A stretch of DNA of 64,000 bases, taken from the IMG/VR virus record IMGVR_UViG_3300036971_000130. One strand, written 5' to 3'. This document shows, in pieces, positions 1-10,404 of the stretch (position 1 is the stretch's first letter; each line of letters starts with the position of its first letter). Made by a program: the position numbers and the translations under genes. Under the pieces are notes generated by a model. That model was not told the DNA's origin, made no database searches, and saw nothing but the letters and a program-made list of their open reading frames with translations. This stretch comes from a virus. Lineage: Duplodnaviria > Caudoviricetes.

Positions 1-207
1 TCGAGGGACGACTACAAGGCTTCCAGGAAGTCCCCCGACCGTCAGGTGACCGGCGTCTCGAAGTTCTCCGAAGACGAGTACCACCTTCACTTCCGGGGGA
101 ACACGTACTACGACTTCCATCAGACCCGGAGGTTCTACGGCCACATCGTGATCGAGCCGTCGAAGTCGGAGATGAAGTGGTACGAGAATCTCAGCGATTC
201 CCGCTGA
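1..207 (+). CDS. hypothetical protein, 3' end only
   Basis: Open frame from base 1 to TGA 205-207 with typical codon usage. Confidence 0.6.
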   Translation, partial: SRDDYKASRKSPDRQVTGVSKFSEDEYHLHFRGNTYYDFHQTRRFYGHIVIEPSKSEMKWYENLSDSR

Positions 208-223
208 ATGGTAGGATTGGCGG

Positions 224-616
224 ATGAAGAAGACCGTCGCTCCCATCATCGCCGTGATCGTTGCTCTGCTCATCACATCCTGCATGCCGAAGGAGACCAG
301 CGACTTCAGCAACCAGATGGCGAACAAGGCCGCTCAGAGGTTCGTCTCCGAGAGGAAGTGGAGCAGCGGCACCGTCACCTGCAAGCAGATGCTTGTGGGC
401 ACCGGCCCCGGCCATGTCTCACGCCAGGACGAGCGCATCTCGGACTACAAGTGCGTCTTCAGCCCACCCGTCGGCAAGCGACGTGAGTTTGGCGTGAAGA
501 CGACCCTGCGGTACGAAGATGGTCGATGGACGAGGTCGTACGCCCAGGTCGACTACCAGGGCAGCTACCGCCTGTTCAGCTTCTCCATGAAGGCCGGGCG
601 ACCTGTCCTGATCTGA
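224..616 (+). CDS. putative lipoprotein
   Basis: MKK + hydrophobic stretch + ITSC lipobox; TAGGAT box 6 nt upstream. Confidence 0.7.
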   Translation: MKKTVAPIIAVIVALLITSCMPKETSDFSNQMANKAAQRFVSERKWSSGTVTCKQMLVGTGPGHVSRQDERISDYKCVFSPPVGKRREFGVKTTLRYEDGRWTRSYAQVDYQGSYRLFSFSMKAGRPVLI

Positions 617-625
617 GCACCACCC

Positions 626-1039
626 ATGATGGTCCAATACGCCATCAGGGAGTTGCAGATGCCGGAACAACGAACGGGATGGTCCGTTCAGGAGCTTGAC
701 GAGTTCGAGGATGAGCCGATCATCTTTGGGTTCTTCGACGATGAGGACGACGCCGCAAGAGCGGTCGACTACATGAACGGGATCTCTGACGAGTTCGGCG
801 GAGTCCCCGCTGAAGCTGTCCCGGTCGACGAGTTCACGCATGACCCGGAGCGACCGATCCCGGTGCACCTGGTGGCGATCAGCGGCCGGGTGGTCGTAGG
901 GAGCCACGCCACGATCGGAGTCGATGACACGCCTCAGATGATCGACCTCGGCAGGGTCGTGATCTACACCGGGGATCGTGAGTTCGTCGAGACGATCACG
1001 AAGGTCTCGACCTGGATCACCGAAATCCCCGAACTCTAG
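626..1039 (+). CDS. hypothetical acidic protein (start uncertain)
   Basis: ORF, codon usage. Confidence 0.6.
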   Translation: MMVQYAIRELQMPEQRTGWSVQELDEFEDEPIIFGFFDDEDDAARAVDYMNGISDEFGGVPAEAVPVDEFTHDPERPIPVHLVAISGRVVVGSHATIGVDDTPQMIDLGRVVIYTGDREFVETITKVSTWITEIPEL

Positions 1040-1330
1040 GGGGTTTGTCGGTGTTCAGTGTTCAGTAATGAACGAACACTCACACCTTCATGTCGAAGCA
1101 GGACCCGGACGGGTAGGCGTTGGCCCGCCGGACCACGTTCCCGTTCGACAAAACACGGTAGGCGCACTCGTGCTTCGAGCCTGAGGTGTAGGCGATCGCT
1201 GACATCGACTCGTAGCCTCCGCCAGCACCCCGGCCAGTGGTGAGGTACGCCCCCACCGTGGTCGTCTGCTTCTTCTTGCCGATCTCCCAGGTGCAGGACC
1301 AGAACTGCGTCCGCAACCCATGATGGGGCC

Positions 1331-1681
1331 ATGGAGTCGAAGACGGCCGAGATCAACCTCTACCGCATCCGTGCGGCGATGGAGTCACTTCGTGACGCCC
1401 TGAAGTCCACCGGAGGCGACATCGGTCGTGCGCCGGAGTTCTTCATGGACGGCTCGATCATCGACCAGATCACCGACGCTCTCACGTCGACGCCGGTGGA
1501 CCGCTTCGACTACGCCGTCATCGTCGATGTGATCGACCGTCATCGTGCCTACGTCGACCTCTACTTCCAGGTCCGGCACTGGGAGCCGCTCGGCAACGAG
1601 ATGGACTGGGTCGTGCCGTGGGAAGACCTCGACAACATGATCGACCACGAGAGGGGCATCCTGTGGCACAACATGCGTTGA
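1331..1681 (+). CDS. hypothetical protein
   Basis: Leaderless start 6 nt after CATGAT (1319-1324). Confidence 0.7.
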   Translation: MESKTAEINLYRIRAAMESLRDALKSTGGDIGRAPEFFMDGSIIDQITDALTSTPVDRFDYAVIVDVIDRHRAYVDLYFQVRHWEPLGNEMDWVVPWEDLDNMIDHERGILWHNMR

Positions 1682-2160
1682 CCGACGGCCTCGTGCCCGC
1701 AGAGCTACTCGACCGAACTGCTCTCCCGTTCCTCGACCGGCGTTCCCGTCGTCGCTTCGACGGTGACGTGGAGAGGTGGTACGACCGCAAGGGGAACCTC
1801 CACCGTGCGGGAGCGCCCTCGTCGCTACATCCGCAGGGTCAGATCGAGTTCCACCACTACGGCGTCCGACGTGGAGCCATCTGGGGCGAAGCGTCCGCCT
1901 GGTACGACCAGCGGGGACTCCGCCACCGTGACGATGGGCTCCCGGCTCTCACCGACTTCGACGGCAACCGGTTCTGGATCGACCACGGTCGACTGCACAA
2001 CCCGGACGGACCGTCGATCATCCGAGTCGACGGCACCTGCGAGTGGCACATGTTCGGCCTCCGCCACCGCCAGGACGGCGGTCCGACGATCATCGAGCCG
2101 AACGGGATCGAGCACTACCACCACCTCGGGATCAGCATGAAGGTCGTGATGCCAGGATGA
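1678..2160 (+). CDS. LHRxDGPA-type repeat protein (MORN-like beta repeats)
   Basis: Repeats GNLHRAGAP, GLRHRDDGLPA, GRLHNPDGPS, GLRHRQDGGP; TTG start overlaps upstream stop. Confidence 0.7.
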   Translation: MTDGLVPAELLDRTALPFLDRRSRRRFDGDVERWYDRKGNLHRAGAPSSLHPQGQIEFHHYGVRRGAIWGEASAWYDQRGLRHRDDGLPALTDFDGNRFWIDHGRLHNPDGPSIIRVDGTCEWHMFGLRHRQDGGPTIIEPNGIEHYHHLGISMKVVMPG

Positions 2161-2333
2161 AGAAGTACGTGGTCCGGACTCCCGGCAGAAGCGACATCGC
2201 TCAGTTCATCGCTCCGACGACCAGGATCGTCCCGTGTCCCGGACGGGACCTCGTGATCCACGGCTACCTGTTCGAGCGAGAGGACGGAAAAGCGGTCTTC
2301 GTCTTCCCCCACAACGTGGTGGCGGTCGCATGA
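2157..2333 (+). CDS. hypothetical protein
   Basis: ATGA coupling at both ends. Confidence 0.55.
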   Translation: MKKYVVRTPGRSDIAQFIAPTTRIVPCPGRDLVIHGYLFEREDGKAVFVFPHNVVAVA

Positions 2334-2737
2334 ACGACGTGTTCTACGACCAGGTGATGCGCTCGATCGCCAACCTCTCCCTCGCCTCGATGCGGGTTCT
2401 CCGGATCGTGTCCGGAAGTCACCTGGCGACCCCACAGGGCGATCTCCGGGCGGCGCTCGAAGCCGTCGAGACCGAACTGGACACGATCGTCGAGTTCTGC
2501 GGGATCAGGGGATCGGAGTCCGACGAGTTCTACGCCATGTTCCACGAGGACAACCTCGTGATCGTCGTCGGTGTCCTCGTCGAGACGATGCTTCTGGTCC
2601 ACCAGTGCGATCTCGTCCCTCAGTGCGAGAAGCACTCCACGTACCGCCACGACAAGCAACGACTCGGCGTCGAGATCAAGCTCGTCCGGAGCGTCATCGC
2701 CTCCTACCGACGGTTCTACCGCCTGAGCAGCCCATGA
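2330..2737 (+). CDS. hypothetical protein
   Basis: ATGA coupling, codon usage. Confidence 0.65.
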   Translation: MNDVFYDQVMRSIANLSLASMRVLRIVSGSHLATPQGDLRAALEAVETELDTIVEFCGIRGSESDEFYAMFHEDNLVIVVGVLVETMLLVHQCDLVPQCEKHSTYRHDKQRLGVEIKLVRSVIASYRRFYRLSSP

Positions 2738-3207
2738 TCTACGTCGGGATCATCACCATCACCACCTTCGTCATCGTCGGCGTGCTCGTGCGCCAGTCGG
2801 TTCTCCGGTGGCGTCGGCCGGAGAACCACCAGGTCTCCCTGACCATCCATCGCCCAGAGCCTCCGGTCTGGTATGACCCTCTCGACATCTCGATCCCCGG
2901 AGCCGACGACCTCAACCTCGACATCGTCGGAGCCAGGATCGAGGGGTGGTCCTGTGACGGCAACGTCTTCAGCTTCCGGCTGATCCACGGCGACGGCTGG
3001 TACACGTCCTACGATGGGGACGACACCAACTACGTTCACCTCGGGTCCGTCGACATCCGTGCTGGTGTCCCCACCGGGTACTGTCAGCACGCAGCGGAGA
3101 CCCTCAACGACTTCTCCGACGGTCGTCCCCTCCAACTCGTCAGGTCGCACAACGGCCTTCTCACCCTCACCGACGAAGCGTTCCACAACGTCTGCTTCGC
3201 AGCCTGA
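2734..3207 (+). CDS. membrane-anchored hypothetical protein
   Basis: N-terminal TM helix; ATGA coupling. Confidence 0.65.
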   Translation: MIYVGIITITTFVIVGVLVRQSVLRWRRPENHQVSLTIHRPEPPVWYDPLDISIPGADDLNLDIVGARIEGWSCDGNVFSFRLIHGDGWYTSYDGDDTNYVHLGSVDIRAGVPTGYCQHAAETLNDFSDGRPLQLVRSHNGLLTLTDEAFHNVCFAA

Positions 3208-3218
3208 AAGGACACATC

Positions 3219-3757
3219 ATGGGCGTATCGCCATCAGTCACCATCGGTGTCGGGATCGACTTCGGGTCGTCCGATTTCGGTTTCGGTACCTGGATTCCGA
3301 GCAACCTCCGAGAAGCCATCATCGAACACAACGACGTTGAAGCTGTCGTTGCCATGTGCCTCGACAATGGCGACGTGCCAAGCATCGACGACCAGATCGG
3401 TTGGAGTGAGCGCCGGGCCATCTTCGACGAGTTCGGTGTGACCTTCCGGGTGTACGGAACAGACGGCTACATGGGCGACGTTCTCATGGTCACCGACACC
3501 ATGTCCACATCCTATGACTACGAGCCGATGGGGTTGGACCCGAAGCCCACCGAAGACACCGAGGGGTGCAGGTCTGCGGCATCGGTGCTCTCGGGTCGAC
3601 CGTCCACATCGAATGCGACTTCCTGCTGCTCGACGAGGACGGGAAGAAGATCGGCAACACCAGGGTCAAGAGGTTCTACGACATGGTCGACATCGAAGCT
3701 CCGACGGAGATCGTCGAGAAGGTCGACCAGATGAACGACACGAGGGTCGAAGCGTGA
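3219..3757 (+). pseudogene. hypothetical gene with frame change near 3565 (indel or fusion)
   Basis: Coding bias switches frame at the G-run gaggggtg. Confidence 0.5.
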
Positions 3758-4173
3758 GCACCGCCTACGATCTGAACGCTGCGTCGTCCGAAGCGATCGG
3801 GCTCGTCCGGTCGATGAGGGAGGGCCAGACCGACATGCAGATCGCCTTGGAGTTGTCCGACCTGATCGCATCGTTCCCCGAGGCTCTCACCGAGTCCATC
3901 GGGAGCGGCGAGTTCGAACCCCAGTCCTCTCCGTTCGAGAAGGCGATCCTGAACCTGACCATCACGATCGGCGGGTTGCTCGAACTCGAACTCGGAGGGG
4001 TCACACCAGCCCCGGTCGACCTCGATGCCATCGAATCGTGGGGCTCCTACCTCCTGTCGCTCATCGAGCCGTACCAGGACGCAGACGATCTCTCGGTGAT
4101 CCCCGAGGACGAGATGGTCGTCATCCGACACATCACGCTGAAGCTCATCCGGCTCGGCCTTGCATTCCTCTGA
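3754..4173 (+). CDS. hypothetical protein
   Basis: GTGA coupling, codon usage. Confidence 0.65.
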   Translation: MSTAYDLNAASSEAIGLVRSMREGQTDMQIALELSDLIASFPEALTESIGSGEFEPQSSPFEKAILNLTITIGGLLELELGGVTPAPVDLDAIESWGSYLLSLIEPYQDADDLSVIPEDEMVVIRHITLKLIRLGLAFL

Positions 4174-4180
4174 AGGAACC

Positions 4181-4876
4181 ATGAGAACCAGAATCGTCAT
4201 CATCATCGCTCTGCTGCCGCTCGCCCTCGGCCTCGTCTTCGTCTACAAGGCGACCACCGAAGGCAAGAAGTCGGCCGACTTCGTCAAGATCCAACAGGTC
4301 GAGAAGGTCGTGTTCACCAGTCACGAAGACGGCAAGGCCACCTTCGAGACCTCCGGTGGAGCGAAGTGCTCGGCCGACTACGAGATCAACAGGAAGGTCG
4401 TCTTCTCGAACGAGGTCTGTGACCGGGACGCTTCGATCAAGCTCGGGTCCTACAACGCCGTGTTCAAGGTGAACGGGAATCTCCAAGCGATCTCCATTGC
4501 CGTGTTGTTCCTCGGCGCAGCCGTGACAGCGTTGTCGGCTCGGCTGCTGATCGAGGACAGGAACCAGATGTGCGAGTTCTACATGGTGTCGGTGCTCGTT
4601 CCTGGTTTCCTTCTGTTCTGCTTCCTCGTCTTCCCGAGCATTGTGGCAGGCCACAGCAGACCTCAGGAGATGACTCGCTACGAGATCAACTACTCCGAGT
4701 TCAAGATCAGGAACGACGCTGAAGTCGTCGGATTCGAGAACGGCATCCTCACCGCCCGCCGTGGGGATGAGACCTGTCGGGTCTGGGTTGACCCGTATGT
4801 GCGGAGTGACCTGGCCGCTGTGAACGGAACGGACTGCTCGTTCCCGATCAACCCGACGGTCGTGGTCGTCCGCTGA
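4181..4876 (+). CDS. membrane protein
   Basis: RBS aagga; three hydrophobic segments. Confidence 0.7.
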   Translation: MRTRIVIIIALLPLALGLVFVYKATTEGKKSADFVKIQQVEKVVFTSHEDGKATFETSGGAKCSADYEINRKVVFSNEVCDRDASIKLGSYNAVFKVNGNLQAISIAVLFLGAAVTALSARLLIEDRNQMCEFYMVSVLVPGFLLFCFLVFPSIVAGHSRPQEMTRYEINYSEFKIRNDAEVVGFENGILTARRGDETCRVWVDPYVRSDLAAVNGTDCSFPINPTVVVVR

Positions 4877-4880
4877 CGGT

Positions 4881-4909
4881 TGGACAGCCGTCGAGAGGCC
4901 ACTCATGTT
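4881..4909 (+). promoter_or_regulatory. sigma70-type promoter for a leaderless gene (representative of many in the window)
   Basis: TGGACA-N17-CATGTT, ATG 6 nt downstream. Confidence 0.75.
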
Positions 4910-4915
4910 GATGGC

Positions 4916-5311
4916 ATGACCAACACCAAGAACGCCGGAACCGAGACCACCAAGAGCGGGTGCATCACCTCGATCATCAACCTCGGAGTCCGCTTCGTCG
5001 TGGCCGTCGCTCTCGCCACCTACTTCGGCCAGTCCCTCGACAGCAACGTGAAGCCGGTGACCCTCGTCGTCACCATCGTCCTCACCTGGTTCTCCACGAT
5101 CGTCTTCGGCGGCTTCCGCCCCAAGACCTTCCGAGGCAAGGCCATCCTCATCGTCACCCGACCGGTCGGTGCCACGCTGATCGCAGCGGTCATCCTCTGG
5201 TTCATCGGCAAGGAACTCGACCTCGGAGCGATGGTCGCCATCGCCGCCGCCATGACGATCTCCACCGTCCCGCTCCGCCGGAAGCCGAAGGTCGCCGCAC
5301 AGCCGTTCTGA
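4916..5311 (+). CDS. 4-TM membrane protein
   Basis: Four hydrophobic helices; leaderless start. Confidence 0.7.
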   Translation: MTNTKNAGTETTKSGCITSIINLGVRFVVAVALATYFGQSLDSNVKPVTLVVTIVLTWFSTIVFGGFRPKTFRGKAILIVTRPVGATLIAAVILWFIGKELDLGAMVAIAAAMTISTVPLRRKPKVAAQPF

Positions 5312-5323
5312 TCGCCCTCAACC

Positions 5324-5361
5324 GAGATGCCCGGACCACCGGTCCGGGCATCTCACGTTTT
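5324..5361 (+). terminator. intrinsic terminator
   Basis: 14-bp perfect hairpin gagatgcccggacc/ggtccgggcatctc followed by short T tract. Confidence 0.7.
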
Positions 5362-5466
5362 GCCGTGCTACAGTGGCGACCATGACCCTCCTGATGGTTC
5401 TCCCCGGATGCTGTTGACGTAGATCGAACCACCGTTCGATCCGACAACCGACCCCAGGAGACCGTC

Positions 5467-6102
5467 ATGCTGACCATCGAGGTCCGCCCCGGCGAGGGAG
5501 GCGAAGACGCAGAGGCGTTCGCTTCCGAACTCGTCACAACCATCACGTCCATCGTCCGCCGTCTCGGCGGTGACAGCACCACCGAGACTGATGCCGCACG
5601 CACCACCACCATCTCCGTTCGAGATGAACTCGAACTCGACTGGCTCGCAGGTGTCCACCGCATCCAGCGCATCCCGAAGAACGACCGCCGAGGCCGACGC
5701 CACACGTCGACCGCCACCGTGAACGTCCTCGGGGAAGTCCACGTTGCCGAAGTCGACCTGACCTCGGTGCGCTACGAGATGTTTTCCGGTTCGGGACCAG
5801 GAGGCCAGCACCGGAACAAGTCCCAGAACTGCGTGCGAGCCATCCACCCGTCCGGTGTCACCGCAACATCGACCGAGCACCGCTCCCAGTTCCAGAACCA
5901 GAAGGCAGCGACCGCAGAACTCGTCAGACGGCTACAGGAGCAGTCAGAGTCCGATGCCGCTGACGCCGTGAACAGTCAGCGCAACATCGCTGCTGGACGA
6001 GAAGCGAAGACCTGGACATGGAACACCCAGAGGTCTGAGGTGGTCGCCCATCACCTCGGACGAAAGTGGCCGCTCGGGCGGTTCTCGAAGGGTCAGGTCT
6101 GA
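5467..6102 (+). CDS. class I peptide chain release factor-like protein lacking domain 1
   Basis: GVHRIQR..GRRHTS, GSGPGGQHRNK (GGQ), RSQFQN motifs. Confidence 0.88.
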   Translation: MLTIEVRPGEGGEDAEAFASELVTTITSIVRRLGGDSTTETDAARTTTISVRDELELDWLAGVHRIQRIPKNDRRGRRHTSTATVNVLGEVHVAEVDLTSVRYEMFSGSGPGGQHRNKSQNCVRAIHPSGVTATSTEHRSQFQNQKAATAELVRRLQEQSESDAADAVNSQRNIAAGREAKTWTWNTQRSEVVAHHLGRKWPLGRFSKGQV

Positions 6103-6126
6103 TCCACCCCGACCCATGATGGATGC

Positions 6127-7215
6127 ATGGTCCATCCAAGCAACAGCATCGTCGTGCGTCCAGGTGACGTGGCCCTCTACATCGTCGAGCACTCCGACGA
6201 GAGGACCGTCATCACCCAGAGCTACCGTGACGGTCGGTTGCATCAGTTCTCGCCGGACGAGGTGACTCCGGTCCCCGAACTCCACTGCGACGGCTACTAC
6301 ATCTACCACCGTTACGACGGCATCCACCAGGGCCACCGGGAGATGACCTACCCGCCGCTCGGGAACGAGCACTACGTCCCTGAGACGAACTCCTGGGAGC
6401 CAGGTGAAGGATCTCCGGGAGATGTCCACCGTTGCCCTGCTGAGATCAAGAAGCGGATGGGCTACAGCCGGGCGAGGTACCACACGATCGACGGTCACCC
6501 CTTCCTCGGGATCGACGGAGACGTAGCGGTCGTCGACGGCGACGACGCCGAGTACCCGATCCACGACGACGGGACCATCGACGTTGACCTCTGGGCGTTC
6601 CCTGCCCGCAGGAACGAGAAGCCTGCCGCTCTCCCCGTCGGGAAGCGTGTCATCGTCGGAGACCTCATCGGTGAGGTGGCTCACTCCTACGGAACCGTGA
6701 ACGCTGTGGTGACCGAGAGCGGGATGATCCTCGCCTACCCGACTTCGATGTCGGTGATCCACGAGGACGCCGACGGCATGTCGCAGGTCCGAGCCGAAGA
6801 AGCTCTCCCGGACGACGAGCAGGAAGCGATCAGCGCCATCACGGCAGCCATGAACACCTCGTCGCTGTTCGGCCATCGAGGCACCCAGCCGGGTACCTCC
6901 ATCTCCCACCCGATCCGCCGGATCGAGGATCTGCTCTCCTACCATCCGGCGCAGGTCAGCATCAGGCGGCTCGTGCAGGAGTCCGTCCTCGACGACACCA
7001 TCGTCAAATGGACCGTGGAAGGCCGCAAGGTCTTCGTCGAGGATGTGGAGGGGACACCGGTCGAGATCGGCGGTATCCTTCCGACCCGGCGAGACGACGA
7101 CTCCATCGTCATCTCCTGGGACGGCGAGTTCGTGAACGCTGGGGCGTGGTTCCGGGCGTACCCTGGCCCGACAGAGACCGAGAACACCATCATCAAGGAG
7201 TGGTTGAACCAATGA
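6127..7215 (+). CDS. hypothetical protein
   Basis: 362 aa ORF, leaderless start after CATGAT. Confidence 0.75.
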   Translation: MVHPSNSIVVRPGDVALYIVEHSDERTVITQSYRDGRLHQFSPDEVTPVPELHCDGYYIYHRYDGIHQGHREMTYPPLGNEHYVPETNSWEPGEGSPGDVHRCPAEIKKRMGYSRARYHTIDGHPFLGIDGDVAVVDGDDAEYPIHDDGTIDVDLWAFPARRNEKPAALPVGKRVIVGDLIGEVAHSYGTVNAVVTESGMILAYPTSMSVIHEDADGMSQVRAEEALPDDEQEAISAITAAMNTSSLFGHRGTQPGTSISHPIRRIEDLLSYHPAQVSIRRLVQESVLDDTIVKWTVEGRKVFVEDVEGTPVEIGGILPTRRDDDSIVISWDGEFVNAGAWFRAYPGPTETENTIIKEWLNQ

Positions 7216-8081
7216 CCTACAGGAACAACGATGCCGTCATCTACGAAGACGGGATCGCTTACGTCGTCGACACCGAAGACGACAACGACAACGTCATCAT
7301 CAGCACCGGCCGGGAGACGCTTGTCGCCGTCGACGCAACGAAGCTCTGCTTGGCCGACTCGGTGAGCGTCGTCGACGGAGGCTTCCGAGCCAACTACGTC
7401 CCCGGATGGCATCACGATCGACGGAGAGAAGGTGTTCATGGTCACCGACCGCTTCGCTGCCACCGGCTCCGGCAGTCACCCGATCGACATACACGGGACC
7501 GTCTGGGCGGACCTGCTGACACCTCTGTCTGTGAGCCCGGAGGTCAAGACGCCCTCTGTCGGCACCAGGGTGCTCCACAACGGCGAGGTCGCTGTCGTGG
7601 TGTCGCAAGGTCAGCACCACTTCGAGGCAGAGACCTCCAACGGGGTCCGTTTCCTCGGTGAGTCCAGGCGAGCCAAGATCGTCTACGGAGATCGGGTGAT
7701 CCCGTCTTGTACTGGGTCGATCCCGCAGCCTTCGGCGCTGCCGACGAGTACGTGAAGCTGGTCGAGACCGGCAGCGTCATGGTCGGAGATCACCTCATCA
7801 TGGGGGTCGGGGAACTCGTCGGGTTCGATCCTACGGAGATCACCGTCGTCCGCCGGGACGCCCCAGTCGACCCCATCGTCATCGTTCGAGCATTCGCCAG
7901 AGGCCGCAAGGTGACCCTCCGAGGCCGAGACATCACCGGCGTCTCCCCGGAAGGCAACGGAGTATTCAGCCTCATGGGCGAGATGTCCAGGATCGAGACC
8001 GGCATCGACTTCGTCGTCGACATCGAGAACGACCCCCACGACGTTCGTCTGGTCCAGTCGTGGCTCGATGTCAACCGTTGA
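7212..8081 (+). pseudogene. hypothetical gene broken by two single-base indels (probably consensus errors)
   Basis: Coding frame shifts in C-runs at ~7401 and ~7702; net frame restored. Confidence 0.55.
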
Positions 8082-8117
8082 GCTACCCTGGGTCAATCCA
8101 ACCCTGAAAGGGTCGAC

Positions 8118-8408
8118 TTGACCTCCACCGACGCCGACATCCTCAGTTCCTACGGGACGATCATCCTGGTGCTCGCTCACAGCGACACCCACGAAGATCA
8201 ACGTGACGAGATCGTTGCGCTCACGAATCGGTTGTTCGACCATGCGGCGGCGCTACAGAACGGCTCCGACGACACGTCGACAACCGTAGCCCTCCACCGG
8301 CAAGCTCTCCCGTTCGTTCAGGCCGAGCTTGCCTTCCAGGGTCTCACGAAGTCCGAGATCGCCATGAACGTTGACCGTTGGACTTCGCAACTGAGAGCCA
8401 CTCGCTGA
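8118..8408 (+). CDS. hypothetical protein
   Basis: ORF with RBS-like aaggg. Confidence 0.5.
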   Translation: MTSTDADILSSYGTIILVLAHSDTHEDQRDEIVALTNRLFDHAAALQNGSDDTSTTVALHRQALPFVQAELAFQGLTKSEIAMNVDRWTSQLRATR

Positions 8409-8817
8409 GGTCGATCGGAGTGAGATCCTTGTTCTCAGAGTGGAATTTCGCCGCCATCAACGGCAGGTCCATCAACGAGAACAGCGGAGTCCTTCTCACC
8501 GGGTAGATGGTCGCCATCTTCATCAGAAGATCGCTGGTGCACAGCCTGTTCGAGAACCGGATGGCGTGCATCAACCTCGCCGTGAGATGGTCGTCCAAGG
8601 AGCCCGCTTCGTAGCCGGTTGCCTCAGGCTTCCGGGCCATCCACCACGAGATCCCGTAGCCCGTGTTCCCGGTGTCGAGAGCGTGACGCCAGTCGGCCAT
8701 GAAGATCGTGGCGTCAGTCCTCCGCCTACGTTCGATAGAGTCGTCCCTGAGATGACGAGACGAGTCGATCTCCGTCCGCTGGTACACGAAGTCGAACGCT
8801 TCGAGGTACAGGAGCAT
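8344..8817 (-). CDS. hypothetical protein
   Basis: Coupled to upstream minus-strand gene. Confidence 0.6.
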   Translation of the reverse strand: MLLYLEAFDFVYQRTEIDSSRHLRDDSIERRRRTDATIFMADWRHALDTGNTGYGISWWMARKPEATGYEAGSLDDHLTARLMHAIRFSNRLCTSDLLMKMATIYPVRRTPLFSLMDLPLMAAKFHSENKDLTPIDLSEWLSVAKSNGQRSWRSRTS

Positions 8818-9119
8818 CAGAACGCTTTCACGCTCAGGTACAGCGGTGTTTCCTTGTGCTCGGGGTCGACGACCACACGGGCGACCAGGGACGTGTCGCC
8901 GCTCGTGAACTCGACGACACGGGAGCAGCGTCCGTTCGTGAACTCGACACCTCCGGCGTCGACACCGGGAATCGACTCGGGCGTCTCGTTCCCCGTCACG
9001 GAGATCAGGTACGGGAAGGCGTCGAAACCGAGCAAACCACCGACCATGATGTCGGTCGACTGACCGTGGACACGGCCGTCGGTGGATTCGTGAACGGTTG
9101 CAACGAGAAGGAGTTCCAT
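8817..9119 (-). CDS. hypothetical protein
   Basis: Leaderless start 6 nt after minus-strand CATGAT (9126-9131). Confidence 0.65.
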   Translation of the reverse strand: MELLLVATVHESTDGRVHGQSTDIMVGGLLGFDAFPYLISVTGNETPESIPGVDAGGVEFTNGRCSRVVEFTSGDTSLVARVVVDPEHKETPLYLSVKAF

Positions 9120-9169
9120 GGCACCATCATGGGTCGGATCACCCAACCGCCGCAACCCATGATGAGACC

Positions 9170-9460
9170 ATGAAGATCACGAAGCGACAAGCCGAAGCCA
9201 TCTGGGACATCCTCATCACCGACGGAGGTGTCAACGGCAACGCCACGTACATCGAGTTGGACAAGAGCTTCTTCGTCGGCTACGTGACCGGCGACAACAA
9301 CTTCGAGTACCGGTTCCAGGGCAAGTTCGGCTTCGGCGGCAAGCTCCACGCTGGCGGTCCGCACCGTCCCCCGATCGTCACCCAGTACGCCGAGAACGAG
9401 ACCGAGCAGTCGAAGGCGGAGATCGACGCCATCAACGAGAAGATCGCAGCCCTGTTCTGA
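9170..9460 (+). CDS. hypothetical phage-type protein (EYRFQGKFGFGGK motif)
   Basis: Leaderless start, divergent from previous gene. Confidence 0.7.
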   Translation: MKITKRQAEAIWDILITDGGVNGNATYIELDKSFFVGYVTGDNNFEYRFQGKFGFGGKLHAGGPHRPPIVTQYAENETEQSKAEIDAINEKIAALF

Positions 9461-10404
9461 TGAACGCCGCCGAAGTCCGAGAGCGGCTCGAACGACGGTG
9501 GCCGAACAACGGACACCTGATCGTGCACGAAGCGCCGATGAACGCAGACCGGTCAGGCCAGCGCATCGACATGCTCGTGCTTGGTCTCTGGGCCTCCCGT
9601 GGCTACGAGATCGAGGCGGTCGAGATCAAGGTCTCCGTCGGAGACTGGCGTCGAGAGCAGAAGAACCCCGGCAAGGCCGACTTCTGGGTGCGTCACACCG
9701 ACCGCTTCTGGATCGCAGCACCCTCCGAGGTCGCCAAGAAGATCCAGCACGAGATCCCGCCAGCCTGGGGCCTCATCTCGGTCGGTGAGAGTCAGAACCG
9801 GGTCCTCATCGAAGCTCCACGTCGCACCGACCGTGAGCCGCTACCGTGGGCAGCCACCGTCGGCGTCCTCCGGTCCGCTGCTGACGCCGGAACCAACGCC
9901 CTCGCCCGAGCCCACCGAGATGGAGTCACCGAAGGCAAGAAGTCGGTGACGGTCACCACGGCGACCGACGCTGAGGTGACACGTCTGAGGAAGATCGAGC
10001 GGGAACACAAGAACCTGCTCCAAGCGATGTCCGAGTACGCAGCCGCTTCCGGGGTCGACCTGACGAAGCGCCCGTATCAGGCGCAGGATCTCGGGTTCGT
10101 CGTGGGTCTCGTCAACCGGTTCGACACCAACCCTCGACGGGTGATGCACGGCGTCAACAACAACATCGAGCAGCTTCGGCGGAGCCTCGAAGCGTTCGAG
10201 AGCTTCCTGAAGATCATCGAAGGCGAGACCGACTTCGACGGCTCGATCACGATGTGGCCGTGCGAGAACTACCTCGACGCCGCCCAGCCGTACCCGTACG
10301 ACGACCCGGCGCTCCGCAACGGGATGTGCGACAACTGCGGTTGGCCGATGGTCAGCCACCGAGCGGGGACGTTCCCCTCGATGTCCAAGAAAGGAAACCA
10401 GTGA
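9460..10404 (+). CDS. MmcB-like PD-(D/E)XK nuclease with coiled-coil C-terminus
   Basis: RIDML...EIKVSVGDW.RE...K...DRFWIAAP...EIPPAWGLI. Confidence 0.7.
   Translation: MNAAEVRERLERRWPNNGHLIVHEAPMNADRSGQRIDMLVLGLWASRGYEIEAVEIKVSVGDWRREQKNPGKADFWVRHTDRFWIAAPSEVAKKIQHEIPPAWGLISVGESQNRVLIEAPRRTDREPLPWAATVGVLRSAADAGTNALARAHRDGVTEGKKSVTVTTATDAEVTRLRKIEREHKNLLQAMSEYAAASGVDLTKRPYQAQDLGFVVGLVNRFDTNPRRVMHGVNNNIEQLRRSLEAFESFLKIIEGETDFDGSITMWPCENYLDAAQPYPYDDPALRNGMCDNCGWPMVSHRAGTFPSMSKKGNQ

Noticed and set aside
3560-7710. Programmed frameshifts at ~3565, ~7401 and ~7702
   Set aside because: All in short homopolymers without slippery heptamer or stimulator; sequencing indels or decay are more likely.
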